Source: an uncultured Spirochaetota bacterium | GTDB taxonomy: Bacteria > Spirochaetota > Spirochaetia > SZUA-6 > CAVTHK01 | Direction: 5' to 3' | DNA: 64,000 nt | Assembly: GCA_963734495.1 (NCBI GenBank) | Contig: CAVTHK010000001.1 | Location: 640,001 to 704,000, forward strand | In this document: positions 46,133 through 55,499 of the stretch, piece by piece | Layout of the letters: each line of letters opens with the position of its first letter | Numbering within the stretch: position 1 is the stretch's first letter | The notes under the pieces: generated by a model | What the model saw: only the letters and a program-made list of their open reading frames with translations | Told to the model about the DNA's origin: nothing | Database searches by the model: none | Position numbers and translations under genes: made by a program

Positions 46133-47359
46133 CTAGAAATCCCAGTCCGGTTTCGGCTCGGGGAGCCTCAGGAGGTCGTCGAGCTCGTCGAGCAGCTCGC
46201 GCGGGCCGGCGAGCCGATCCGTCACCGCGAGCCCGGAAGCGGGGCGGACGCCGAGCCAGAGGCGCGTAAAGGCCCCGACTCCCGCGCGCAGCGTCGGCAG
46301 CGAGGCGTCGCTGCCCGGCTCCACGCCCGAGGCAGGGCCGAGGCTCACGACGTAGCGGCCCGCCACGCCGCGCCACGGGGCCGAGTCGTCGAGGAAGCGC
46401 TCGATCGGGTCCTCGAGGTCGAGGTTGAAGCGGATCTCCCGCGCGAAACGCGCCGAGGCCACGCAGGCGGGCAGGTCGCAGATCCGCATCTGCCAGTAGG
46501 CGCGGGCGTCGTTCTTCAGCTCGAAGCGGGAGCCGCTGCTGCGGGCGTAGCCGCGGAAGGGCCGCTCGAGGAGGTCCTGGAGCTGCACCCCGGGCGGCTC
46601 GCGCAGACGCACGAGCAGCGCCTGGTCGCTGAAGTCGCGGAGCAGGGCGACGAGCTCCTTGAGCTGCTCGCCGGTCTGGTACGCCATCCAGGTGACGCGG
46701 AAGGGGCCCGCGTTGCGGTTGTCGGTCTCGGGCTGACACCAGAAATGGTGCGTCAGCACCCCGCCGGAGAGATAGCCGAGGCCGAAGCCGTACTCGGACT
46801 TGAGCATGTCGGCCCGCGACACTTCGGGCGCGTCGAAGTCGAGGCTTCCGTGGCCCTTCGCCCGCTGGAGGCGGCAGGCGTGGACCAGCTCCCAATGCTC
46901 CTGGCCGAGACGGACCGGCTTGCGCGGATTCGCATCGACCCGGATGGCCATGGGGTCGATCGAAATCCAGTGCTCGTATCCGCCGGAGCCGAACCCGAGC
47001 TTGTTGTAGTAGCCCTGGTCGAAGATGCCCAGGCCCGCCACCGCTATCCCCGAGGCGGCATCGGCGGCCACGGCCTCCGCGGTCAGCCTTCCCGCGAGCC
47101 CCTGCCGCCTGCCCACCCGGCTCGTGGTGACCGCCATGACGCCGCTGAAGGGGACCTGGCGCGCCTGGTAACGCAGTCGGCCGTGGGAGGTCAGGACGAG
47201 GCACTCGACCTCGCCGTCGAGCTCGGCCACGAGGGCATGGTCGCGGGCCGCGGCGGCGTCGAAGGCCTGGGGCCTGTCCGGCCGGATCCAGCCGGTCTCG
47301 CACCAGATTCGGAAGGCCTGCTCATGGTCCCGTTCGGGCTGATAGGGGCGGCCGATCAT
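46133..47359 (-). CDS. GNAT N-acetyltransferase (Eis-like architecture)
   Basis: V.TSRVGRRQGLA acetyl-CoA motif, YYNKLGF, C-terminal SCP2-like region. Confidence 0.75.
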   Translation of the reverse strand: MIGRPYQPERDHEQAFRIWCETGWIRPDRPQAFDAAAARDHALVAELDGEVECLVLTSHGRLRYQARQVPFSGVMAVTTSRVGRRQGLAGRLTAEAVAADAASGIAVAGLGIFDQGYYNKLGFGSGGYEHWISIDPMAIRVDANPRKPVRLGQEHWELVHACRLQRAKGHGSLDFDAPEVSRADMLKSEYGFGLGYLSGGVLTHHFWCQPETDNRNAGPFRVTWMAYQTGEQLKELVALLRDFSDQALLVRLREPPGVQLQDLLERPFRGYARSSGSRFELKNDARAYWQMRICDLPACVASARFAREIRFNLDLEDPIERFLDDSAPWRGVAGRYVVSLGPASGVEPGSDASLPTLRAGVGAFTRLWLGVRPASGLAVTDRLAGPRELLDELDDLLRLPEPKPDWDF

Positions 47360-47445
47360 GGGGCAAGTCTACCACGCGGTCGGCGGCGGGGTCCAAAGGA
47401 CGCGCCGGCTGCGGCGCGCTCGAGCGCCCTCGAGCGGGTCCGCTC

Positions 47446-47474
47446 TTGCCGCCCCGCCGTCCGCAGGCTACTGT
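47446..47474 (+). promoter_or_regulatory. sigma70 promoter of nth (leaderless-type)
   Basis: TTGCCG-N17-TACTGT, 7 nt before ATG 47482. Confidence 0.55.
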
Positions 47475-47481
47475 CTCCGCG

Positions 47482-48144
47482 ATGCAGAGGCGCGCGCAAT
47501 ACTGGGACAGGACCCTGGCTGCCATCGCGGGCCATCTCGAGGACGCAGGGCTCCCTTCGGTGACGGCAATCGCTCAAGAGCGTCACGATCCCTTCCACGT
47601 CCTCGTGTCGACCGTGATCTCGCTGCGCACCAAGGACCAGGTCACGGACGCGGCTTCGCGCAGGCTCCTGGCGAGGGCTCCGGGGCCCTCCGAGCTCGCG
47701 AGGCTGCCGCGGAGGTCGATCGAGACGCTCATCTATCCGGCGGGCTTCTACCGGACGAAGGCCAGGCACCTGCGGGAGATCGCCGGTCTCCTCATCGAGC
47801 GGCACGGGGGCAAGGTCCCTTCTGGAATGGACGCCCTGCTCGAGCTGCCGGGAGTGGGACGCAAGACGGCCAACCTGGTGCGCAACCTCGGCTTCGGTCT
47901 CGAGGGCATCTGCGTCGACACCCACGTCCATCGGATCTCCAACAGGCTGGGCTGGGTGGCGACGCGCGACCCGGCCGGGACGGAAAAGGCGCTGGGGGCG
48001 GTCCTTCCGAGGAAGCATTGGATCGCCATCAACACGATCCTGGTGCAGTTCGGCCAGACGACCTGCACGCCCGTTTCCCCGTTCTGCTCCCGGTGCCCGC
48101 TGGCGAAAGGCTGCCCGCGAGTCGGCGTGGCCAAGTCCAGATGA
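47482..48144 (+). CDS. nth: Endonuclease III
   Basis: ISLRTKD, HhH LPGVGRKTANL, VDTHVHR, C-x6-C-x2-C-x5-C. Confidence 0.94.
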   Translation: MQRRAQYWDRTLAAIAGHLEDAGLPSVTAIAQERHDPFHVLVSTVISLRTKDQVTDAASRRLLARAPGPSELARLPRRSIETLIYPAGFYRTKARHLREIAGLLIERHGGKVPSGMDALLELPGVGRKTANLVRNLGFGLEGICVDTHVHRISNRLGWVATRDPAGTEKALGAVLPRKHWIAINTILVQFGQTTCTPVSPFCSRCPLAKGCPRVGVAKSR

Positions 48145-48149
48145 ATGGC

Positions 48150-48459
48150 TGTGAACGGCCTGTGGAAAACCTGCGAGACTCCGGCGCATGCTCAGGGCAG
48201 CCCGCTGCTCGCCTGCGGGCGGCGCCTCGTGCCTGAGCGGCCGAACTGAGCTTCGGCCGTGATTCTGTCTATCCAGGTTGACTTTATCTCTAAAAGATCT
48301 ACACAAAGCCGCGGTCAGAGACCGTATTTCTGGACCGCTTCTTGCTGATTTCCGTCATATCTCGATATTGCCGCTAATCTATGGATCAAGCCGTCGAACG
48401 CCCGCAACTGCGCGAGGCCCGTCGCTGGAGGGGTCTGCCTGTGGACAATCTGTTGACAC
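48150..48459. other. Origin-distal DnaA-box cluster
   Basis: TGTGAACGG (48150), TGTGGAAAA (48161), TGTGGACAA (48440), TGTTGACAC (48451) plus weaker internal matches, in a lower-GC convergent intergenic region. Confidence 0.55.
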
Positions 48460-48492
48460 CGCGCCTAACTTTCGTTGCGGGGATGGATTGGT

Positions 48493-49488
48493 CTACGGGC
48501 CCCGATCAACGCCGGCGACGGCGGTCGCCGAAGCGGTTGCCCGGTAGATGAAGAGCTCCAGCATCAGCCGGTGGGTCTCGGAGCGCCCCGTGCGGATGCG
48601 GCGGTCGGTATCGGCGATCAGGACGATCAGGCCCTGGGTCTCCTCCCTCGAGAAGCGGCGCTTCGCCTCGAGGTAGACCTTCTGGCTCCTCTTGCTGCGC
48701 ACATTGAGCCTGGCGAGGGCCTCTTCAGGCTGGTAGTTCTCCGCGAGGAGCTCGTGCAGGGCAGCGAGCTTGCGCACCTGCCAGAGCAGGCCGCCCAGGA
48801 TGGCGAACGGCTCCGACTCGCGGGCGAGAAGGATCTTGTCCAGAACCTCCTGGGAACCGCCGAAATCCCGCTCCGCCAGCCTCTCGAACAGGGTAAAGAC
48901 GTTCTCCTCGCGGCTGTGGTAGAGGTAGGTCTGGACCTGCTCCAGCCCGAGCCTGCCTTCGGATGAGAAGTAGTCCGCGAGCCTGCCGCACTCCAGGTCG
49001 AGGTCGTGTGTGTTGTTCTCTACCATCTCCAGGATGAAGTCGACCGCATCCTGCTCGATTTCGATGCGTCTCTTGCGGAAAAAGGCCTTGATCCACTCGA
49101 CCTTGCGGCCTTCGAACATCTCCCAGAAGATCTTCTGCCGCTCTTTCGGCACGGCTTTCGTGATGCGAGATGACACGTCGCCGATCTGGTCCGAGAGCAG
49201 GAAGAGCGTTGCGTCCACCGACGGCGTGCCGCAGTAGTCGGCGAGCAGCGCCAAGTCCCCCTGGCCTTTGATGCCTTCGACGTTGGACAGGATCACGACC
49301 TTGTGCGAGGCGAACAGCGACCCGTTGCGCAGAAGCGCGACGAGGTCGACCATGCGCGTGTCGAAGGGGTAGGCGCGGTGGATCTCGGGCTCCGAGCCCG
49401 AGGACTTCTTCAGGCCGGCGATCGCGGCCTCGACAAAGGCCTCCTTCTCGCCTCTCTCGGGGCCGAGGAGGAGCCAGACGCCGCCCAT
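48493..49488 (-). CDS. holA: DNA polymerase III delta subunit
   Basis: VWLLLGPE, GSLFASHKVV, ENVFTLF; 331 aa with a degenerate AAA+ layout. Confidence 0.85.
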   Translation of the reverse strand: MGGVWLLLGPERGEKEAFVEAAIAGLKKSSGSEPEIHRAYPFDTRMVDLVALLRNGSLFASHKVVILSNVEGIKGQGDLALLADYCGTPSVDATLFLLSDQIGDVSSRITKAVPKERQKIFWEMFEGRKVEWIKAFFRKRRIEIEQDAVDFILEMVENNTHDLDLECGRLADYFSSEGRLGLEQVQTYLYHSREENVFTLFERLAERDFGGSQEVLDKILLARESEPFAILGGLLWQVRKLAALHELLAENYQPEEALARLNVRSKRSQKVYLEAKRRFSREETQGLIVLIADTDRRIRTGRSETHRLMLELFIYRATASATAVAGVDRGP

Positions 49489-49498
49489 AGTCGGGTGC

Positions 49499-50104
49499 CT
49501 ATGCGTATTGCCGCACGATGCACGCGAGACGCCCGAGGATGCGCGCGTCCTGCGTGTAGATCGGGGGGAACGACTCGTTTTCGGCCCGGAGCTGGATCCG
49601 GTTCCTCTCGACGAACAGCCGCTTGAGCGTGACCGCGTCGCCCACCATGGCTACGACGATCTCGCCGTTGTCCGCGGTGGCCTGATGGCGGATGATCGCG
49701 ACGTCGCCGCTGAGGATCCCGGCGCCCTGCATGCTGTCGCCCTTGACCCGCAGCGCGAAGAAGCGCCCCTCGCTGCTGAGCAGGGACTCCGGCACCGGGA
49801 TGGCGCCCTCGAAGTTCTCCTCGGCGAACAGAGGCCGGCCCGCGGCCACGCTGCCGAGCAGCGGCACCTCCCTGACCCCGGACCGCGCGCTCTCCTTGCA
49901 CAGGACGCGGATGGCCCGCGAGCGCCCGGGACCGCACGAGATCTGTCCCTTCTTCTCGAGGGCCTTGATGTGGTCGTAGCCGCCTTTGACGGAGATGGCG
50001 AACTGGTTGGCGACCTCGCGCACGGTCGGCGGGTAACCCATTTCTTCGACTGTCCGACTGATGAAGTCCAGGATCTCTTTCTGTCGGGCTGTCAGTCGCT
50101 TCAT
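49499..50104 (-). CDS. lexA: LexA repressor
   Basis: LTARQKEIL, YPPTVRE, VAAG cleavage site, GDSM (Ser), TLKR (Lys). Confidence 0.95.
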   Translation of the reverse strand: MKRLTARQKEILDFISRTVEEMGYPPTVREVANQFAISVKGGYDHIKALEKKGQISCGPGRSRAIRVLCKESARSGVREVPLLGSVAAGRPLFAEENFEGAIPVPESLLSSEGRFFALRVKGDSMQGAGILSGDVAIIRHQATADNGEIVVAMVGDAVTLKRLFVERNRIQLRAENESFPPIYTQDARILGRLACIVRQYA

Positions 50105-51468
50105 GGCCTGCCGATTTTGATTCCGTACTTTCGGATGCGGCTGTGGAGGCTGCTCGGATACATGCCCAGCTGCTCCGCGGTCCGCGTGATGTTGTTCCCG
50201 TTTTCCCTGAGCCTGGTCTCGATCAGCTCTCTCTCGAAGCTGTCCCGCGCCTGGGCGAGGGTCATCGCGGAGTACCTGCCCAGGGCCGACGCCTCCGGCT
50301 CCGTGTCCCTTCGCCCGAGAAAGCGTTCGACGTGCTCCCGTGTGATCGTTTCCTCGGCAACCATTATGTTAATCCGTTCGATGAAGTTTTTCAATTCCCG
50401 GATGTTGCCCGGCCACGCGTAGGCCGCGAGCTCCTGCATGGCGGCCTCATCCAGACGCTTCACGGGGCCCTGCGCGGGATGCTTGAACTTGTCCATGAAG
50501 TACGCGACGAGGTCCGGCAGGTCCTCGATCCGCTCCTGCAGCGACGGCACGCGGATCGGGACGACGGCGAGGCGGAAGTAGAGGTCCTCGCGGAAGCGCC
50601 CGGCCCGGACCTCCTCCTCCAGTTCCTTGTTGGTGGCCGCGACGATGCGGACGTCCACCTGGATCGACTCCTCGCCGCCGATGCGCTCGAACTTCAGCTC
50701 CTGGGTGGCGCGGAGGACCTTGGCCTGGGTGGACAGCGACATGTCGGCGATCTCGTCGAGAAACAGCGTTCCCGTGTGGGCGAGCTCGAACTTGCCTCGC
50801 CGCGAGGCGACCGCGTGGGTGAATGCGCCCTTCTCGTGCCCGAAGAGCTCGCTCTCGATCAGGCTCTCGGGGATGGCGGCGCAGTTGACCTCGATAAAGG
50901 GCCCCGCGGCCCTGCGGCTCTGCCTGTGGATCTCGCGGGCGACCAGCTCCTTGCCCGTGCCGTTGGCGCCGGCGATCAGGATGCGGCTGTCGCTCGCCGC
51001 GCTCTGCGCGATGAGCTCGCGGACGCGCTGCATCGGCTCGCTCGAGCCGATCATGCGGTCGTCCACGAACAGGCTCGCCTTGAGCGCCCGGTTCTCGCTG
51101 CGGAGGGTCCGCAGCTTGGCCGCGTTGGCCACGGTCGTCGCCGTCTTGTGCAGGTCCAGCGGCTTCTCGAGGAAATCGAAGGCGCCCATCTTGACCGCGT
51201 GCACCGCAAGGTCGATGTTGGCGTGACCGGAGATCATGATCGTTTCGGTGTCCGGATGCTTCTCGCGGATCGCTGCGAGCACGTCGATGCCGCCCATGTT
51301 GGGCAGACGCACATCGAGGAGCACGACGTCGACCGCGTTCTCGTCCAGCGTCGTGAGCCCCTGAAAGCCGTCCTCGGCCGTCAGGACCGTGTGACCCTCG
51401 TCCTCCATGGCGTCGCGCAGCACTTCGCGGATGCCGGGCTCGTCGTCGATGATGAGAACGCGGCTCAC
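50101..51468 (-). CDS. sigma54-dependent response regulator (NtrC/NtrX-like)
   Basis: REC domain, [37 protein letters not shown], Fis HTH. Confidence 0.93.
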   Translation of the reverse strand: MSRVLIIDDEPGIREVLRDAMEDEGHTVLTAEDGFQGLTTLDENAVDVVLLDVRLPNMGGIDVLAAIREKHPDTETIMISGHANIDLAVHAVKMGAFDFLEKPLDLHKTATTVANAAKLRTLRSENRALKASLFVDDRMIGSSEPMQRVRELIAQSAASDSRILIAGANGTGKELVAREIHRQSRRAAGPFIEVNCAAIPESLIESELFGHEKGAFTHAVASRRGKFELAHTGTLFLDEIADMSLSTQAKVLRATQELKFERIGGEESIQVDVRIVAATNKELEEEVRAGRFREDLYFRLAVVPIRVPSLQERIEDLPDLVAYFMDKFKHPAQGPVKRLDEAAMQELAAYAWPGNIRELKNFIERINIMVAEETITREHVERFLGRRDTEPEASALGRYSAMTLAQARDSFERELIETRLRENGNNITRTAEQLGMYPSSLHSRIRKYGIKIGRP

Positions 51469-53342
51469 CCTTTCAGCTCCTGCCTGCCCGCCGCGGCGGC
51501 CCGGGTTGCCGTGCCCGCCGCAGCTCCGCTCGAAGACCCCGCGGAGGACCAGCCCTGGCTCGCCTGCGGCTGCGGCGCGGCGGCCGGCCGGGACACGGGC
51601 AGGTCCACGAAGAAGGTGGTCCCCCTCCCGCGCTCGGTCTCGAACCAGATGCGGCCGTTGTGATCAAAGACGATGCGCTCGACGATGGCGAGCCCGAGGC
51701 CGGAGCCCTCCTTCTTGGTGGTGAAATAGGGCTCGAAGGCCTTTTCGCGGGCCTCCTCGTCCATCCCCTGCCCCGTGTCCTGAATTCGGACCCTAAGGTA
51801 TTCGGTCTGGTCCTTGGTGACAAGATCCGTGCTCACGATGACGCGGCCGCCGTCGGGCATCGCCTGGATCGCGTTCTTGATGAGGTTGGCAAAGGCCTGC
51901 CGGGTCTGGTCCCGGTCGGCCACGATGTGGTGATCCTCCGCCTGGTAACGGCACTCGAAGCTGACGCTGGACGACATGTTGCGGTAGACCGAGAGCACCT
52001 CCTCCATGAGGGCGCGGACGTCGACGGGCTCCGGCTTGAGGTCGGGAAGCCGCGTGAACTCGCGGAACTCGACGAGCAGCTTGTTGAGGTTGTCGACCTC
52101 CTTGACGATGGCGCTCACCGCCGGCTCGAGCACCTCGCGCAGCTCGTCGGAGGCCGAAGCCTCCGCCTTGCGGAGGATGCGCTGGGCCGAGAGCTTGATG
52201 GGGGTGAGGGGGTTGCGGATCTCGTGGGCCAGCCGCTGCGCGATCTCCTTCCACGTCTCGATCTTCTCGGCCTGCACGAGCTTGCGGCGCGAGCTCTCGA
52301 GCTCCGCGATCATGCGGTTGAACGAGGCCACCAGGGCGGCCAGCTCGTCGTTGCGGCGGGCGAGCAGGCGGAACGAGAAGTCGCCCTCGGCCACGCGGCG
52401 GGTCGCCTCCTCGAGGTGCACGATCGGCCGGATGATGTCGTCGGTCAGCAGGAAGCTCACCAGGATCGCGAGGAGCAGGATCGGGATCGAGAAGACGGCG
52501 TAGAACAGGACGACGACCACGCGGAAGACCTGCTGGTAGTCCGCCAGCTGCCGCGAGACGCGGCGCGCGGCCGTGATGCGGCTCGCGATCTCGTCGAACG
52601 TGCGCGGGTACACGATCCCGAGCACGACGGTGCGGGTCAGGGGCACCGTGACGCGCAGGATCGTGGTGTCGCCGTTGGTCTTGCGGACGGGCACGCCCGG
52701 CGGGTCGCGCCGCAGCGAGGCGGGGTCGTCCACCCGCGCCTTCTCGTCGCCGCGGAAGAAGAGCTCGCGGCCGGACGAGTCTGAACACCTGCATCAGGCT
52801 GATCTCCGGGTCCGCCGAGGTGATGCTCCGCCAGGCCTGCTCCGGGTTGCGGTCCACGTCCCTGAGCATCCCCGCGAGCACCGGTCCCGAGGCGAAGGCG
52901 CGGAGGTTCCGCACCTTGTCCGTGTGGTAGGCGAGCGAGATCGTGAGGCTGCCTTCGAGCGCGTCCCCCACGCCGGCGCTCACCCAGTAGTTGATCGCAG
53001 AGTTGATGAACGTGGTCGAAAGGAGCGCCTGCAGGCACGAGCGCCAGGAGGGCGACGAACACGAAGAACAGGAGGAGCCGGGTCTTCAGGCGCGCGCCCG
53101 CCCGCCGCTGCGCCCGCTCGCGGAAGAGCCGGACGAGGTTCACCACGATGGCGGCGAGCAGGGCGAGGGGCAGCACGACCGTCACCGCGGCGGTGCCGGC
53201 GCCCGCCAGCGGGCCCGGCCGTGCTCAGGTCGGAGACGATTTCCCTCGAAAACACGACGATGAGCGCGACCAGCAGCAGGTAGAGGAGCACGAGCGTGAG
53301 CAGGCCCGCCAGCCCGCTCGCCGCCTCATTCCTCAGCCTCAC
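51465..53342 (-). CDS. NtrY-like HAMP sensor histidine kinase (about four frame breaks at 52735-53215)
   Basis: RLKTRLLLFFV TM, HAMP, WKEIAQRLAHEIRNPLTPI H-box, NLIKNA, DTGQG, FEPYFTTK, GSGLGL. Confidence 0.88.
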
Positions 53343-53891
53343 GGCTGCTGCGCCCACCGCGCCCGCGATCTCGACGCGGTGCCATGCGGTCACGGACGAC
53401 GTGGGCCTGAAGAGGGTGACGATGTGCAGCGGCGCCTCCAGGCGGACATACTCCACCCGCGCCCGCGAGATCAGGTAGGTCCTGGAGTCGGCGGGCCAGG
53501 CGAGGCGAAGGGACCGGACTGTGAGGAAGTCGCGCAAGAAGTCCTCGACTGCGGTATGGCGGCGGGTCTCGCCCCCTACGTCGAGGAGTATATAGCGGTC
53601 GTCGAGGAAGTCCATGGATGCCCGCCTCTGCACCGTGAGCTGCGCGACGACGCGGTCGCCGAGAAGGGCGCGCAGCCCGGTCGTCCGGCGGTACAGGCGG
53701 AACTCGAACGTCACCGAAGCCTCGAGGCCTTCGGCGAGCGAGGCGAGCAGGCGCGGGCGGTCGACGCCGGTGATCTCCGCGTTCACCTCGACCGAGCCCG
53801 ACGGGTCGGCGGACGCCGCCAGCTCGACCTCTTCGGACCGCGCAGCCGCGCACGCGAGGAAGCAGGCAAGCAGGGCCGCGAGCAGCCGCAT
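53339..53891 (-). CDS. DUF4390-like periplasmic protein (reads in frame into the kinase as sequenced)
   Basis: Signal peptide, SLAEGLEASVTFEFRLYR, RLEAPLHIV; directly before the NtrY-like kinase. Confidence 0.55.
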
Positions 53892-54160
53892 TACGATTCT
53901 TCTTCGAATTTCTTCTCGAACAGCTCAGCCAGGGCGTCCACGGCCTGCTTCTCGTCTTCGCCGTCGGCGATGATCGAGATCTCGGATTCGTAGGTCGCTC
54001 CCAGCGTGATGATGCCCATGATGGACTTGCCGTTGATCCGCTCGGAATCCTTTTCGAAATAGATGTCCGACGCGAACCTGTTGGCCGTCTGCACTAGCAT
54101 CGCCGCGGGTCGGGCATGGATGCCCGCCCTGTTGGTGATCGTGATCCTGCGCTGTGTCAT
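53891..54160 (-). CDS. ptsH: Phosphocarrier protein HPr
   Basis: GIHARPA (His15), NGKSIMGI (Ser46), GEDE. Confidence 0.96.
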   Translation of the reverse strand: MTQRRITITNRAGIHARPAAMLVQTANRFASDIYFEKDSERINGKSIMGIITLGATYESEISIIADGEDEKQAVDALAELFEKKFEEES

Positions 54161-54165
54161 GAGAG

Positions 54166-55149
54166 CTACAGCTCGCCGTCCTCGCCGAGAAAGAGGCTGC
54201 GGGCGCGCTTCTTTTCGAGCCAGGTCATGACGTTTTTCTGGAACTCCTGGGAGGAGTCGAAGCCCAGCTTCTTGAGACGCTCGTTCATGGCTCCCGTCTC
54301 CACGATGATCGCGACGTTGCGCCCCGGCTTGATCGGGATCAGAAGGTACGGCAGGCGCACGCCCATGATCTCCGTGGTCCCCGTCTCGCCCCCGACCCGG
54401 TCGTAGTTCCGCTTGGGGTCCCACTCCTCGAGGCGCACGATCATCTGAACGCGCTTCTCGTCGCGCACCGCGCCGACGCCGAACAGGTGCGTGATGTTGA
54501 TGATGCCGAGGCCGCGGATCTCCATGTGGTGGCTGGTCACCGGGTTCGTGCCCTTGCCGAGCACCACGTTGCCGCTCACGCATCGGATCTCGACGACGTC
54601 GTCGGCGACGAGGCGGTGGCCGCGTTCGATGAGGGCGAGGGCGCATTCGCTCTTTCCGACGCCGCTCGGCCCCTGGATGAGCATGCCCAGGCCGAAGACC
54701 TCCATCAGCACCCCGTGCACCGTCTCGCGCGGGGCGAACACGTCGGTCAGGACGCGCAGGAGGCGCGAGGAGAACTCCGCGGAGCTCAGGTCCGTCTGGA
54801 GGATCGGGCACTGGTGCTCGTTGGCGAGCTCGTAGACGATGCGGATCGGCTCGATGCCGTAGGCGAACACGCAGCAGGGCAGGTCGTAGGAGAAGATCTT
54901 GCGGATGGTGTCGTAGCGGCGCTCGGCATCCAGCTTGGCGAGGTAGGCGGTCTCGCCGCGCCCGAACACCTGGATGCGCTGGTGAGCGAAGCTGTCGAAG
55001 AACCCCGCGAGCTCGAGCCCCGGGCGGTCGATCTCGGCGACGGTGATCGCCCGCGTCAGCCCCGGCCTGCCGGCTATGCAGCGCAGGTTCAGCGCGTCAT
55101 GCTCCTTGAGATCCATCCGCAGAAGGTCGAGTACCGTGAACTTGTCCAT
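54166..55149 (-). CDS. hprK: HPr(Ser) kinase/phosphorylase
   Basis: RPGLELAGFF, GPSGVGKSECAL, GHRLVADD, EIRGLGII, PGRN. Confidence 0.97.
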   Translation of the reverse strand: MDKFTVLDLLRMDLKEHDALNLRCIAGRPGLTRAITVAEIDRPGLELAGFFDSFAHQRIQVFGRGETAYLAKLDAERRYDTIRKIFSYDLPCCVFAYGIEPIRIVYELANEHQCPILQTDLSSAEFSSRLLRVLTDVFAPRETVHGVLMEVFGLGMLIQGPSGVGKSECALALIERGHRLVADDVVEIRCVSGNVVLGKGTNPVTSHHMEIRGLGIINITHLFGVGAVRDEKRVQMIVRLEEWDPKRNYDRVGGETGTTEIMGVRLPYLLIPIKPGRNVAIIVETGAMNERLKKLGFDSSQEFQKNVMTWLEKKRARSLFLGEDGEL

Positions 55150-55168
55150 AGACCGCCGCTTCGGGGCG

Positions 55169-55480
55169 CTACTCCTCCGGCTGGGGCCGCGTCCCGTGCT
55201 CCTGGATCCGCTGCTTCTCCTTGGTCACCTTGGCGTCGATCTTGTGGAACAGCGAATCGATCCCTTCAAATATATCGAAGCTCGCAACGCTGATGTGCGC
55301 CGAGGTCCCCCACCGGAAGTTCATGGTGGACTCCACCTTGTAGCCCTTGTCCTTGGTGATCGTGATCAACAGATCGATGATCATGTCCTTGGCGTAGTCG
55401 AGGTGCGGGAGCCGCTGGTCGACGTGCTCCTTCATCTTGTCGGTGACTTCGAGATGAACGCCCTTGATCTCGACGTGCAT
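55169..55480 (-). CDS. hpf: Ribosome hibernation factor HPF/RaiA (short form)
   Basis: IKGVHLEVTD...DIFEGIDSLFHKID; directly after rpoN. Confidence 0.85.
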   Translation of the reverse strand: MHVEIKGVHLEVTDKMKEHVDQRLPHLDYAKDMIIDLLITITKDKGYKVESTMNFRWGTSAHISVASFDIFEGIDSLFHKIDAKVTKEKQRIQEHGTRPQPEE

Positions 55481-55499
55481 AGCCCCTCCCGGTTGCGGC

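Noticed and set aside
48145-48492. Second replication origin
   Set aside because: No DnaA-trios or box-trio module, and flanking genes converge on it; kept only as a candidate regulatory cluster.
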